DNA of 64,000 nucleotides, from the NCBI GenBank assembly GCA_012026655.1, contig JAAILG010000175.1, forward strand, positions 1-64,000, read 5' to 3'. Numbering within the stretch: the stretch's first letter is position 1; each line of letters starts with the position of its first letter. The translations under genes were made by a program, and so were the position numbers. The stretch comes from Hydrolagus affinis. Its lineage: Eukaryota. The notes beneath the pieces are model-generated. The model made no database searches. It was not told the DNA's origin and saw nothing but the letters and a program-made list of their open reading frames with translations. Positions 63,800 to 64,000 of the stretch are shown here, piece by piece.

Positions 63800-64000
63800 C
63801 CAATGCAGTGCTGCATTGTTGGAGGTGACATCCTTTGGATAAGATGTTAAACAGGAGTTTAACATCTTATCCAAAGTCTGTTCAGGTGAATGGTAAAGAT
63901 CCCAAGGCACTATTTGAAAAGAGAAGGGAGTTTCTCCAGGTGTCCTGGTCAACAATCCACAAAATAAAATTGATCCCTCACTTCATGGTTGCTTATAAGA
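63800..64000 (+). mobile_element. Deu-domain SINE core containing a perfect 20-bp inverted duplication
   Basis: GTGCTGCATTGTTGGAGGTGACATCCTTTGGATAAGATGTTAAAC...TTCAGGTGAATGGTAAAGATCCCAAGGCACTATTTGAAAAGAGAAGGGAGTTTCTCC. Confidence 0.8.

Overview
Eukaryotic (vertebrate) genomic DNA, AT-rich and repeat-dense, with two 100-N scaffold gaps (52340-52439, 62135-62234). The repeat content (L2 and CR1 LINEs, Deu-domain SINEs, a tRNA-headed SINE with (TTA)n tail, Penelope-type inverted elements) points to a cartilaginous fish; that is inference. The + strand carries the last six coding exons of a PDE11-family cyclic-nucleotide phosphodiesterase gene (2518-34695), with canonical GT-AG sites, consistent phases and the PDE11-diagnostic QLEW motif. 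Downstream, a possible convergent minus-strand gene ends in a C-CaaX prenylation motif (...SDCCAML*); I cannot name it. The rest is intron or intergenic sequence filled with nested retroposons and DNA-transposon relics. The most notable observations are hammerhead-ribozyme-like cores in Penelope-type repeats, a 3' stem-loop kept by compensatory changes across two L2 families and the SINEs, ~60-nt hairpin-only retro-insertions, and multi-layer TE nests. No CRISPR array, rRNA, functional tRNA or prokaryote-type system is supported. Exon coordinates are base-exact; repeat boundaries are approximate unless a TSD or TIR is quoted.
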